64,000 nt of DNA, from assembly GCA_034435455.1 (NCBI GenBank), contig DAOTXL010000002.1:39023-103022 (forward strand), read 5' to 3'. The stretch's first letter is position 1; the number at the start of each line of letters is the position of its first letter. Below the pieces are notes generated by a model that was not told the origin of the DNA, searched no databases, and worked only from the letters and a program-made list of their open reading frames with translations. Made by a program: the position numbers and the translations under genes. Origin of the DNA: Anaerolineae bacterium (lineage in GTDB: Bacteria > Chloroflexota > Anaerolineae > JAAYZQ01). Of this stretch, positions 1 through 8,610 are shown piece after piece.

Positions 1-1170
1 CAACTGGCGCTGGAAACGGGCTACCGCTTCGGGCAGGGTAAAGGGGGTCATGGCTGCCACCCGCTCGACGCGGACCCCCCGCACCCGCCAGCCGTCCGCC
101 TCCCGGACGATGGTAAAAGCCTCCTCCGCCTCCTCTGCCGGGCGGAAGAGGGCCATCTCCTCGTCGGCCGGTTCGGGTGGGGGCAGGCTTTGCAGCAGAT
201 CGAAGGTACGGCGCATCAGGGCCGGCACCCCCTGCCCGCTGATCGCCGAAATGGCATGGGCTTCCACCCCCCGTTCGCGCATCGCCTCTTGCAACCGCGG
301 CCACCAGGCCTGAGCCGCCGGCAGGTCCATCTTGTTGAGCACCACGATCTGGGGTTTGAGGGCCAGGGGCCGGCTATACTGCGCCAGCTCGGCCCGGATC
401 GTCTCATAGTCGGCCAGCGGGTCAGCTGAGGCGCCATCCAGCAGGTGGAGGAGCAGGCGGGTGCGCTCCACATGGCGCAGGAACCGGAGGCCCAGCCCCG
501 CCCCCTGGCTGGCCCCGGCGATCAGGCCCGGCAGATCGGCCAGGACGAAGCTCTGGTAGCCGTCCAGCGTGACCACGCCCAGGTTGGGTTGGAGGGTGGT
601 GAACGGATAGTCGGCGATTTTGGGCCGGGCGGCGCTGACAACCGAAAGCAGGGTGCTTTTGCCGGCGTTGGGCATGCCGATCAGGCCCACGTCGGCGATG
701 AGCTTTAGCTCCAGGCGCAGCCGGCGTTCCTGGCCCGGTTCGCCATGCTCGGCCAGGTGGGGGGCCTGGTGGGGGGGGGAGGCAAAGGCGGCGTTGCCCC
801 GCCCGCCGCGCCCCCCCCGGGCCACCAGCACGCGCTGGCCTTCTTCCACCAGGTCGCCCAGAAACTCGCCCGAGTCGGCGTCATAGACTACGGTCCCTGC
901 CGGCACGGGGATCAACCGGTCCTCACCCCGCCTGCCCTGTTGGTTTTTGCCGCTGCCCCGTCCGCCCCGGCCGGCTTTAAAGTGCACCTGTTGCTTGAAA
1001 TGGACGAGGGTGTTCAGGTTGCAGTCGGCGACCAGGTACACATTGCCGCCGGCGCCACCGTTGCCCCCGCTGGGGCCACCAAACGGGACGAACTTTTCAC
1101 GGCGAAAGGCAATGCAGCCATCGCCGCCATCGCCCCCTTTGACATAGATCCGGGCTTCGTCGAAAAACAT
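1..1170 (-). CDS. obg: GTPase Obg (CgtA), C-terminal part cut by window edge
   Basis: Minus-strand translation from ATG at 1168-1170 gives MFFDEARIYVKGGDGGDGCIAFRREKFVPFGGPSGGNGGAGGNVYL..., the classic Obg glycine-rich N-domain followed by GxxxxGKST G-domain motifs; ORF continues past position 1 (not in ORF track because no stop in window). Confidence 0.9.
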   Translation of the reverse strand, partial: MFFDEARIYVKGGDGGDGCIAFRREKFVPFGGPSGGNGGAGGNVYLVADCNLNTLVHFKQQVHFKAGRGGRGSGKNQQGRRGEDRLIPVPAGTVVYDADSGEFLGDLVEEGQRVLVARGGRGGRGNAAFASPPHQAPHLAEHGEPGQERRLRLELKLIADVGLIGMPNAGKSTLLSVVSAARPKIADYPFTTLQPNLGVVTLDGYQSFVLADLPGLIAGASQGAGLGLRFLRHVERTRLLLHLLDGASADPLADYETIRAELAQYSRPLALKPQIVVLNKMDLPAAQAWWPRLQEAMRERGVEAHAISAISGQGVPALMRRTFDLLQSLPPPEPADEEMALFRPAEEAEEAFTIVREADGWRVRGVRVERVAAMTPFTLPEAVARFQRQL

Positions 1171-1177
1171 GGGCTGC

Positions 1178-2527
1178 TTATTCCCACCACAGCCTGATTT
1201 CAGCTTCGCCGGTGTTCTCGTAGTATTCCACCACCACCTCGTGGTAGCCGCTGTCCAGGTAGGTGGCCGGGCTGTAGTAGGTCGCCCGGCCATCCTCCCA
1301 CCGGTTCACCAGCAGTTCGCCATCTACCCACAGCCGCACGCCATCGTCGGCAAAGAGGCCAAAGCAATAGCAGCCGGCATGGAAATAACGCTGCCCGGTC
1401 CAGCGGGCGGAAAACCGATCCACAGGCACGGCCGCATAGGGCCGTCCAAACCCCCAGTCGTAAAAGAGCACCGGTTCCTGTTTGGTGGTGAGCGGGAGAC
1501 CGTTCAGGTCCTTGTTGCCATAGTATTCCGCCGTCCACCTGGGTTGGTCCAGGGACTGGATCCACAGACGGGCCTCGGCGAGGCTACCCCGGTCGTGAAA
1601 GTTAAAGGTAATCTGATGCGATTCTGTCGCATCTACCGTCAGATCGTACCGGGCATCTTCACCGCCGCCACCCTGTCCGTCGGCCCAACCGCCCTCCTGA
1701 ACCCGGCTGCCGTCTATGAAAAGCTGATACCCATCGTCGGCATAGATGGAGAAACGATGGCTGCCGGCCTCAAAGAGGGGGGTGGCGCTCCAGGAGATCG
1801 AAAAGCCGTCTGTGGGCAGACCGGTGGGGCTGTCCTCCCCCCAATCGAATTCGATGGTATCGTCGGTCTGGCGATATTTGTCAGGCGACTCGACCCACGG
1901 GTTTTGGTAGTACCGGCCGTACCAGCGCGGATACAGGTCGGTGCGCCGCCAGTGCAGGCGGATGGCCGCCGAGCCATATTCCTCGAAATATTCGAGTGTC
2001 AGGTGGTGCAGGCCCGCCGTACTGACGGTGGCCGTGCCATAATAGTCCTCTCCGCCCGTCTGCCAGCGATCGATCAGCAGCCGGTCATCCAGCCATAGCC
2101 GCACGCCGTCGTCGGCAAAGACAAAAAAGGTGTGCTCGCCTGCTTCAAAATTCCACCAACCTGTCCAGCGGATGGAAAAGAGGTTTTGCGGCAGGCCGGT
2201 GGGAGCGCCGGTACCCCAGGCATAGTCCACCCGCTTTTCTGTGGCCTGGTAGACCGGCATGCCGGCCAGGTTGGGGTTGGAATAGTACTCGGCCTGCCAC
2301 ACGTTAGCGACCGGCATGTGGTGGACCAGCGGCAGGAAAACGGTGGCCGTGACCGCCTGAAGAGCAGGCAATGAGAGATCGCCGGCCGGGTCGCCATGCT
2401 CCAGCAGGGCCGGATCGGTGAGGCCCTGGGCAGGTTCGGCCAGGATAGCCAGGCTCAGGCTCGCCGCAACCAGGGTCAGCAGCGCGCCGATCCCGGCCAG
2501 AGAACCTTTTTCCCTTTGCCCTCCCAT
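1178..2527 (-). CDS. Secreted protein with three tandem PA14 domains, signal peptide
   Basis: ORF 1178..2566; three repeats of the W-AEYY-N-L-G-P...FS-RWTG...F..G.Y.F...DDGVRLW pattern; N-terminal hydrophobic signal; start moved to ATG at 2527 which has GGAGTGAGGAG RBS. Confidence 0.75.
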   Translation of the reverse strand: MGGQREKGSLAGIGALLTLVAASLSLAILAEPAQGLTDPALLEHGDPAGDLSLPALQAVTATVFLPLVHHMPVANVWQAEYYSNPNLAGMPVYQATEKRVDYAWGTGAPTGLPQNLFSIRWTGWWNFEAGEHTFFVFADDGVRLWLDDRLLIDRWQTGGEDYYGTATVSTAGLHHLTLEYFEEYGSAAIRLHWRRTDLYPRWYGRYYQNPWVESPDKYRQTDDTIEFDWGEDSPTGLPTDGFSISWSATPLFEAGSHRFSIYADDGYQLFIDGSRVQEGGWADGQGGGGEDARYDLTVDATESHQITFNFHDRGSLAEARLWIQSLDQPRWTAEYYGNKDLNGLPLTTKQEPVLFYDWGFGRPYAAVPVDRFSARWTGQRYFHAGCYCFGLFADDGVRLWVDGELLVNRWEDGRATYYSPATYLDSGYHEVVVEYYENTGEAEIRLWWE

Positions 2528-2531
2528 CTCC

Positions 2532-2832
2532 TCACTCCCTGCGTAACCGGCGGCGGATCGCTTCACAATGGGGACAGGTGGGCCCCTCGTATTCGGTGCC
2601 GCAGGTGCGGCAAGTGCGGACGTAGCCGGCAGGCCGGTCCTGTTCGATGGGCGCCACGGCCAGGACTAGTTCCTGGCCGGCGTAGCGCGACAGCCACGAT
2701 TCGATCTCGATGTGGCCGACGGTCCAGCGGCCGGCCTCGTTCTGTTCCAGGAGGCCGCGCAGCGCCTCGGCGCCCAGGTCCCGGGCAGTGCCGGCCAACC
2801 TCAGGGCGTCTGCTTTGGGTATGGGTGACATG
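2532..2832 (-). CDS. Hypothetical small protein with C-terminal CxxC...CxxC zinc-ribbon
   Basis: ORF 2532..2930 trimmed to internal ATG (MSPIPKADALRL...); C-terminus RTCRTCGTEYEGPTCPHCEA. Confidence 0.45.
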
Positions 2833-2877
2833 GTCGCTCCTTTCCTGCCCCCGGCCTCTCGTCGCAGCCTCTGCCCC

Positions 2878-3477
2878 TCAGGCGCACAAGGGTTCTCCTC
2901 CCGCGTTGCGCAGGCGTTCCGCCTCGGCAAAGCCGGCGGCCAGGGCTTTCAGGTTCATCTCCTCGGTGCCGGCCGGCACCCGGTCGGCCACCGCCTTTTC
3001 CAGGGCCTCCTTGCTGACCACCCCGCTCAACCCGCTCAAAAAGCCCAGGGCGACCATACTGGCCGTGATCCGCCGCCCGGTCTCCCTTTCGGCTATCTGG
3101 GTGATGGGCACGGCAATGGCCCGGTGGCTGGGCACCCGGCTGACGTGGGTCGAATCCACGATGATGCAGCCGTCGTCCTTCACCTGGGGGTAGAACTTGT
3201 CGCAGGCTTCCTGGCTCATGCACAGCAGCAGGTCGGCGGCCATGACCTTGGGGTAATCGATCTCCCCCCGGGCGATGATCACCTCGGAGCGGCTGGCTCC
3301 CCCCCGTGCTTCAGGGCCGTAGCTCTGGGTCTGGACGGCATTCAGTCCGTCATGCACGGCCGCTGCTTCGGCCAGAATGACGCCGGCCAGGATCATCCCC
3401 TGTCCCCCTTCTCCGGCCAGGCGCACCTCATATCGATCTTCCAGCGCCCGCCGGGCTGCCTCTCGTACCTTGTCCAT
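2878..3477 (-). CDS. 2-oxoacid:ferredoxin oxidoreductase gamma subunit (PorG/KorC-like)
   Basis: Strong family similarity (…GEGGQGMILAG…LGF…); ATG at 3477 with GAGGA 9 nt upstream (ORF track extends to TTG at 3486). Confidence 0.8.
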   Translation of the reverse strand: MDKVREAARRALEDRYEVRLAGEGGQGMILAGVILAEAAAVHDGLNAVQTQSYGPEARGGASRSEVIIARGEIDYPKVMAADLLLCMSQEACDKFYPQVKDDGCIIVDSTHVSRVPSHRAIAVPITQIAERETGRRITASMVALGFLSGLSGVVSKEALEKAVADRVPAGTEEMNLKALAAGFAEAERLRNAGGEPLCA

Positions 3478-3530
3478 ATCCTTCAATCCTCAGATCTTGT
3501 GGGATGGTTCACGGATCGGCAAAAATAAGG

Positions 3531-3650
3531 TGGACCTCACCCCATCCCCCAACCCCCTTCCCCTCCCCTCCGAATTCCGAATTCCGAATTCCGAATTCGG
3601 AAAGGGAAGGGGGCCAGGGGGTAGGGGTGAGGTCAAATCAACAATGTCGA
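3531..3650. repeat. Imperfect palindromic intergenic repeat element (copy A) with (CCGAATT)x4 tandem heptamer in the loop (3570..3599)
   Basis: Arms gacctcaccccatcccccaaccccc / gggggccagggggtaggggtgaggtc flank ccgaattccgaattccgaattccgaattcgg; reverse-complement matches copy B at 43581..43652 including flank tcgacaaTGTTgatttgacctc. Confidence 0.8.
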
Positions 3651-3651
3651 G

Positions 3652-4527
3652 TTAGAACCATCCCCGGCGCACTGCCCGCTTGCGCGGCAACGGCGCGCCG
3701 TGAGCCTTTTCGATCATCTGGTCGTACAGTTCGGTGTATTCCAACCTGTCCTCGTCGCGGAATATGCCGCGCACAATCTGGGTGGCCGGCATCTCCTGTC
3801 CCTGCTCGGCCAGTTTTTTCGCCGCCTGGATGGTGATCGAGTTGTCTTTGAGCTGGCGCATCATCTCGATGGGGGATTTCAGGTTGTTGGCCCGGCCAAA
3901 GGTGGTATGGCAGTAGCTGACCACCTCCAGCAGGGCAAAGCCGCGCTTGCGGATGGCCTGCTCCATCAGCCTGTCCAGTTCGGTCACGTGATAGACCGTG
4001 CTCCGGGCGACAAAGGAGGCGCCGGCGGCCATGGCCAGCTCGCAGATGGGGAAGGGCGGCTCGATGTGGCCGTAGGGGGCCGTGGCCGAAAAGGCCTGCA
4101 GCGGCGTGGTCGGCGACGACTGCCCGCCGGTCATGCCGTAGATGCTGTTGTTCACCACGATGGCCGTCAGATTGATGTTGCGCCGGGCTGCGTGGATAAA
4201 GTGGTTGCCGCCGATGGCCAGGGCGTCGCCATCGCCCATGACGACGATCACCTCCATCTCCGGCCGGGCCAGCTTCAGGCCGGTGGCAAAGGCCAGTGCC
4301 CGGCCGTGGGTGGTGTGCAACGTGTTGAAATCCATGTAAACCGGCATCCGCCCTGTGCAGCCGATGCCCGAGACGACCGCTACGTCGTCCTGGTTCAGTT
4401 CCAGCTTTTGCACCGCACGCAGCAGGCTGCCCATGACGATGCCGATGCCACAGCCGGCACACCAGACGTGCGGGAACTTTTTGTGATGGCGCAGAAGTTC
4501 GTACGTCCCCTGATCGTGTCGTTGCAT
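3652..4527 (-). CDS. 2-oxoacid:ferredoxin oxidoreductase beta subunit (TPP-binding, PorB-like)
   Basis: ORF 3652..4911 trimmed to ATG at 4527 (MQRHDQGTYELLRHHKKFPHVWCAGCGIG…GDGD…); AGGAAGG RBS; the 128-codon upstream extension is GC-rich read-through. Confidence 0.85.
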   Translation of the reverse strand: MQRHDQGTYELLRHHKKFPHVWCAGCGIGIVMGSLLRAVQKLELNQDDVAVVSGIGCTGRMPVYMDFNTLHTTHGRALAFATGLKLARPEMEVIVVMGDGDALAIGGNHFIHAARRNINLTAIVVNNSIYGMTGGQSSPTTPLQAFSATAPYGHIEPPFPICELAMAAGASFVARSTVYHVTELDRLMEQAIRKRGFALLEVVSYCHTTFGRANNLKSPIEMMRQLKDNSITIQAAKKLAEQGQEMPATQIVRGIFRDEDRLEYTELYDQMIEKAHGAPLPRKRAVRRGWF

Positions 4528-4538
4528 TTTTTTCCTTC

Positions 4539-5723
4539 CTATCGGGCCAGTGTCGGTCGGCGCAGCGAGGATTCGGCCTGTGGGGCGCGGATGGCATCCA
4601 GGATTTCGTCGGGGGTTACGAGCTGGCCATCGGCGCGGCCCACCCGCATCACCTTCCTGCGGCCCACCACCCGCTCCACCTCCAGCGCGATCTGCCCCAG
4701 ATTCATCTCGGCGACAATGACCCGCTGCACCCCCTCCGCCAGCCGCTCGACCACCGCCTCGGGGAAGGGCCACAGCGTCTTGAGTCGCAACAGCCCCACC
4801 TTGCGGCCATAGCGGGCCCGGGCCATTTTGATCGCCTGCCGCGCCGAGCGCGCCGTTGCGCCATAGGCCACCACCAGCACCCGGGCATCCTCGATGCCAT
4901 CTTCCTCCCATTGACAGATCTCCTCCAGGTGGCGGTCTATCTTGCGGAACAGCCGCTCCAGCCAGGGCTGGATCTCGTCCAGCCGCTCGGTGGGAAAGCC
5001 GCGCGGATCGTGTAGCAGGCCGGTGATATGATAGCGATAGCCCTCACCAAAGGGGGCTAACGGCGGCACGTCCGAGGGGGGGGTGCCAAACGGTTCGTAC
5101 CATTCGGGCGGCACGCCGGGCATCTGGCGGTTGACCCTCGGCACCGACTCGGGAGCGGGCAGCTCGACCTTTTCGCGCATATGGCCTACCACCTCGTCAG
5201 CCAGAAGGATGACCGGCGTGCGGTACTTTTCGGCCAGGTTGAAGGCCTCCACGGTCAGGTCGAACATCTCCCGCACCGAAGCCGGGGCCAGGGCGATGAT
5301 GGGGTGGTCGCCGTGGGTGCCCCAGCGGGCCTGCATCACGTCGCCCTGCGAGGGGCTGGTGGGCAACCCGGTGCTTGGGCCGGTGCGCATCACGTTGACA
5401 ATGACGCAGGGGATCTCGGCAGCGACGGCATAGCCGATATTCTCCTGCATCAGGGAAAAGCCGGGGCCGCTGGTAGCGGTCATCGCCTTCAGGCCCCCCA
5501 CCGACGCGCCGATCACCGCCGCGATGCTGGCGATCTCATCCTCCATCTGGATGAATTTGCCGCCCAACTTGGGCAGCTCGCGGGCCATGAACTCGGCGAT
5601 CTCGGAAGAGGGGGTAATGGGATAGCCGGCAAAGAAGCGACACCCGGCAGCCAGGGCCCCCAACGCACAGGCGTTGTTGCCCTGGATCAACCGGGGATTG
5701 GGGATGTCCAATGCGGTCGTCAC
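4539..5723 (-). CDS. 2-oxoacid:ferredoxin oxidoreductase alpha subunit (PorA-like)
   Basis: 394 aa, typical PFOR alpha motifs (GYPITPSSEI…TSGPGFSLMQE). Confidence 0.85.
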   Translation of the reverse strand: MTTALDIPNPRLIQGNNACALGALAAGCRFFAGYPITPSSEIAEFMARELPKLGGKFIQMEDEIASIAAVIGASVGGLKAMTATSGPGFSLMQENIGYAVAAEIPCVIVNVMRTGPSTGLPTSPSQGDVMQARWGTHGDHPIIALAPASVREMFDLTVEAFNLAEKYRTPVILLADEVVGHMREKVELPAPESVPRVNRQMPGVPPEWYEPFGTPPSDVPPLAPFGEGYRYHITGLLHDPRGFPTERLDEIQPWLERLFRKIDRHLEEICQWEEDGIEDARVLVVAYGATARSARQAIKMARARYGRKVGLLRLKTLWPFPEAVVERLAEGVQRVIVAEMNLGQIALEVERVVGRRKVMRVGRADGQLVTPDEILDAIRAPQAESSLRRPTLAR

Positions 5724-6043
5724 CGATCACCTCCTGCCGGCAGCACGCCCTGTTTGATCAACTCCTCCACCTCCTCCGGTTCCAGCCGGCGGACGGTGAT
5801 GGCCATGTCAGGGCAATGGGTATCGCACCAGTGGCAGGCCGTGCACCGCTCCAGATGGGCGATCACCGGCCGGCCCTGGCCATTCGCCTCGAACACCTTT
5901 TGTGGACAAAACTCGATGCACAGGCCACAGCCCTTGCACCAGGTGCCAAAGAGCGTCACGTAGCCGTGCGGGCGCGATGGACGGGCCTGAGCCTCTTTAG
6001 AAACTTGAACGGCGGACGGATCCGCCGTTTTCTCGGTCGTCAT
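5720..6043 (-). CDS. 2-oxoacid:ferredoxin oxidoreductase delta subunit, 2x[4Fe-4S] ferredoxin (PorD-like)
   Basis: CKGCGLCIEFCP and CTACHWCDTHCP motifs; 4-nt ATGA overlap with alpha start; RBS GGGAGG. Confidence 0.85.
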   Translation of the reverse strand: MTTEKTADPSAVQVSKEAQARPSRPHGYVTLFGTWCKGCGLCIEFCPQKVFEANGQGRPVIAHLERCTACHWCDTHCPDMAITVRRLEPEEVEELIKQGVLPAGGDR

Positions 6044-6095
6044 CTCCTAACCTCCCAAGACCAACGGGCACCCTGTTGTGCCCGGTACAGGCTTT

Positions 6096-6123
6096 ATTGT
6101 ACCATTGGTTGGGAATGTGTCAA
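6096..6123 (-). promoter_or_regulatory. Sigma70-type promoter for por operon (TTGACA-16-TACAAT on minus strand)
   Basis: Minus-strand reading ttgacacattcccaaccaatggtacaat about 45 nt upstream of porD ATG. Confidence 0.55.
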
Positions 6124-6337
6124 AATTTCAGGGCAGCAGCGTAAGGGGACGGTTCAGTTTGCCGAGAAAATCGGCTGGCGCAGAAAGTGTCAACCAATTT
6201 TGAGCCATCCCGAAAAATGACGGGAAATGCTCATCGGTCGGGTTACAGACGCTGCCGTTGGCCCAAGGCAAGAAGTCAAATGGCACCGCCCGCGGCCTGG
6301 CAGCGCTCATGTGCCACTCGAAGGCCTGGGGAGCCAG

Positions 6338-6368
6338 CGGCTGAACGACAGGGACCCGGCGCCTGAGA
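6338..6368 (-). terminator. Perfect 11-bp GC hairpin (gggacccggcg-N9-cgccgggtccc) downstream of cytochrome-b gene, no U-tract
   Basis: Seen directly in sequence; lies 95 bp after the stop of the gamma subunit gene and upstream of por promoter. Confidence 0.3.
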
Positions 6369-6461
6369 GACGCCGGGTCCCATCGCGAAGAGACTTCCTA
6401 AAACCCTCCGGGGCGAAGGGTCATAGGCGTATTGGACGGCGGGCGCCTGCGCCGGAGCGCC

Positions 6462-7181
6462 CTAGTGCGCTCCTCCCGCTTTATGCTGTTCCCACATCTC
6501 CCTGGCGCGTTTCTCGCCATAGTACCACGCCGCGTGGTGCTCGCGGGCATAGGACTCGGACACGACGCCGTAGCGCATGCTCACCAGGCTCTGCCACATC
6601 ATGGGGTGCACGACGGCCAGGTAAAAGTGGATCAGGAACATGGCAAAGGTGACGATGAACATCAGGTCGTGGAAAAAGACCATCACCAGGTACAGATTCG
6701 TGGGCATGATGCCTTTCAGGAACCACATCGTCAGGCCGGTAATGCCAAAGACGATGGTGCCCAGGACCATGACCAGCGCCGTCAGCCGCTCGCCGGTATT
6801 GAAGCGCGGCTGGGGTGGCATCTCCCCGTGGCGGCCCAACACATAGTAGGGGAACGCCCCCTTCAGCCACAGCAGGTCGTACTTGCTGAAGCTCAGGAAC
6901 TCTCTCAAATTCAGCCACATCCGGCGGGGTTGCACGATGGCGTAGACGATGGGCACGCCGCCAAAGAACACCGCCGCGATGCGGTGGATCAGCCGGATCG
7001 TGGTGCCGGCTTCGCCCTGGGCCAACTGGTGCAGCCAGGGAGCAAAGAGCACGAACCCGGTCAACGCCAGGGGGATGAATGTGGCGGTGTGTACCCAGTG
7101 CAGGAAGCGCTCCAGGGTGGTGTACTTGGGGATCCAGCGGATCTGGATGATCGAGTTGCTGCCTCTTAATCGGACGCTCAT
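6462..7181 (-). CDS. Molybdoenzyme gamma subunit, membrane b-type cytochrome (FdnI/FdoI, Ni/Fe-hydrogenase cytochrome b family)
   Basis: 4 TM helices with conserved His; start at ATG 7181 forming ATGA overlap with beta stop; ORF track extension to 7292 is read-through. Confidence 0.75.
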   Translation of the reverse strand: MSVRLRGSNSIIQIRWIPKYTTLERFLHWVHTATFIPLALTGFVLFAPWLHQLAQGEAGTTIRLIHRIAAVFFGGVPIVYAIVQPRRMWLNLREFLSFSKYDLLWLKGAFPYYVLGRHGEMPPQPRFNTGERLTALVMVLGTIVFGITGLTMWFLKGIMPTNLYLVMVFFHDLMFIVTFAMFLIHFYLAVVHPMMWQSLVSMRYGVVSESYAREHHAAWYYGEKRAREMWEQHKAGGAH

Positions 7182-7927
7182 TCTACTTCCTCCATCTTGA
7201 CGTTGCGCCGGGCGACGAAAAAGGCCGCCAGCGCGCCGACGATGGTCGCGCCAAAGGCCACCTGCCCCACCGGCTGCAGGAGCTTTTGCCACAGCGTGAC
7301 CATGGCCGGGTATTTGGGATCGCTGGGCAGGTCATAAACCTCCGGCTCCTCCTCCAGTACATAGAGCACATGCAGGCCCCCCAGCTCGTGCTCGCCATAG
7401 AGACGGGCCTTGCTCACCCCCTGAGCCTTGAGAGCCTCCACCCGCTCCTTGCCCAGGGCGATCAACTCGTCCCGGTCGCCGTAGTGGATGGCGCCAAAGG
7501 GGCAGGCCAGCGAGCAGGCGGTCGCGCCGCCGTTGGCCGTGCGCTGCACGCAAAAGGTGCACTTGTTGGATTTGGCCTCACCGGTTAGTGGATTGACCAC
7601 ATCCAACTGCGGGATATGGAAGGGGCAGGCCTGGGTGCAGTAGCCGCAGCCGTTGCACTTGCTCTGGTCCAGCACCACAAAGCCATCGGGGTGGTGGTAC
7701 AGCGCGCCGGTGGGGCACACGTCCACGCAGGCCGCCTGGGTGCAGTGGTTGCAGGCCCGCTTGTGGTAATACTGGCGCACATGCGGGTACTGGCCCACTT
7801 CATGGGTGAGCATCTGGGTCCAAAAGATCCCTTTGCCCACCACGATATTGTTCTCCCGCTTGCACTCGACGGTGCAGGCGTTGCAGAACAGGCAGTTCGA
7901 GGTATCAATCAGCATTGCTTTGCTCAT
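7178..7927 (-). CDS. Molybdoenzyme beta subunit, 4x[4Fe-4S] ferredoxin with C-terminal TM anchor (FdnH-like)
   Basis: CLFCNACTVEC, CNHCTQAACVDVCP, CNGCGYCTQACP, CTFC…CSLACP motifs; C-terminal hydrophobic helix; ATG at 7927 with GGAGGAAAG RBS. Confidence 0.8.
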   Translation of the reverse strand: MSKAMLIDTSNCLFCNACTVECKRENNIVVGKGIFWTQMLTHEVGQYPHVRQYYHKRACNHCTQAACVDVCPTGALYHHPDGFVVLDQSKCNGCGYCTQACPFHIPQLDVVNPLTGEAKSNKCTFCVQRTANGGATACSLACPFGAIHYGDRDELIALGKERVEALKAQGVSKARLYGEHELGGLHVLYVLEEEPEVYDLPSDPKYPAMVTLWQKLLQPVGQVAFGATIVGALAAFFVARRNVKMEEVE

Positions 7928-7947
7928 AATCTGCTTTCCTCCGGGAA

Positions 7948-8610
7948 TCAATATGATGACGATGGCAGGGGGACGGCGGCCAGGAGCGGCTCTACCAGCC
8001 GGGCCAGTTCGTGGTAGAAAGGCAGCCGGGCCGCCTGCTCCACACGCTGGCAAAAGGTCGGCAGCCAGGGCCGCACCTGCTGGCTCAAGAACGCCTGCTG
8101 CTGGGCCAGGAGCAACCTGGCTTGTTCCTCGTCGCCGGATTCCTGGGCGGCCAGGGCCTGCTCACCCAGCCAGGCCAGGAACTCCAGCTCGGCGGCGATG
8201 TGGTCGGGCAGGTCGTGGTACTCCTCGGCCAGGGCCAGGCCCGCCAGCCGGTAGGCCGCCAGCGCCGCCTCGGCCGATTCGCCCATCAGCAGCCCCTGGC
8301 CGGTGTAGGCCGAGGCGTAGGGCGGCGCCGGCACATGGGGCACGGCATTGATGAACAGGTAGGTGTATTCCACCTGCAGGGCCTGCAACGCCATCCCTGG
8401 CTCTTCGGGCAATGTTTCTATGGCCCGTCGCACCCCTTCCGCCGAAAGCCCCAGCGGGTTCAGCACCCCGGTCAGGGCTTGCGGCCACTGCCCGTCGAGC
8501 AGCATCTCGACCCAGGCGGCGTCGGGGTAGGTGAAGCCCCGTGCCAGTCCGCGCAGCGCGGCCAGCCAGAGCCGTGTTGATTCCGTCGTCCCTCTTCCGT
8601 TGTCGTTCAC
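7948..8610 (-). CDS. TorD/DmsD-family molybdoenzyme maturation chaperone
   Basis: TorD-like helical protein; only plausible start is GTG overlapping alpha stop (GTGA) with AAGGTG RBS; no ATG before conserved N-terminal helix. Confidence 0.6.
   Translation of the reverse strand: MNDNGRGTTESTRLWLAALRGLARGFTYPDAAWVEMLLDGQWPQALTGVLNPLGLSAEGVRRAIETLPEEPGMALQALQVEYTYLFINAVPHVPAPPYASAYTGQGLLMGESAEAALAAYRLAGLALAEEYHDLPDHIAAELEFLAWLGEQALAAQESGDEEQARLLLAQQQAFLSQQVRPWLPTFCQRVEQAARLPFYHELARLVEPLLAAVPLPSSSY

Noticed and set aside
3570-3599. Possible CRISPR array
   Set aside because: The CCGAATT units are 7-bp contiguous tandem repeats without spacers. This is a microsatellite inside a palindrome, not a CRISPR.
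3700-4812. 370-aa plus-strand ORF
   Set aside because: Antisense to PorB/PorA, which have strong family motifs.
6128-6310. 60-aa minus-strand ORF in the por/FDH intergenic region
   Set aside because: No RBS, no motif. It overlaps the predicted por promoter and leader region.
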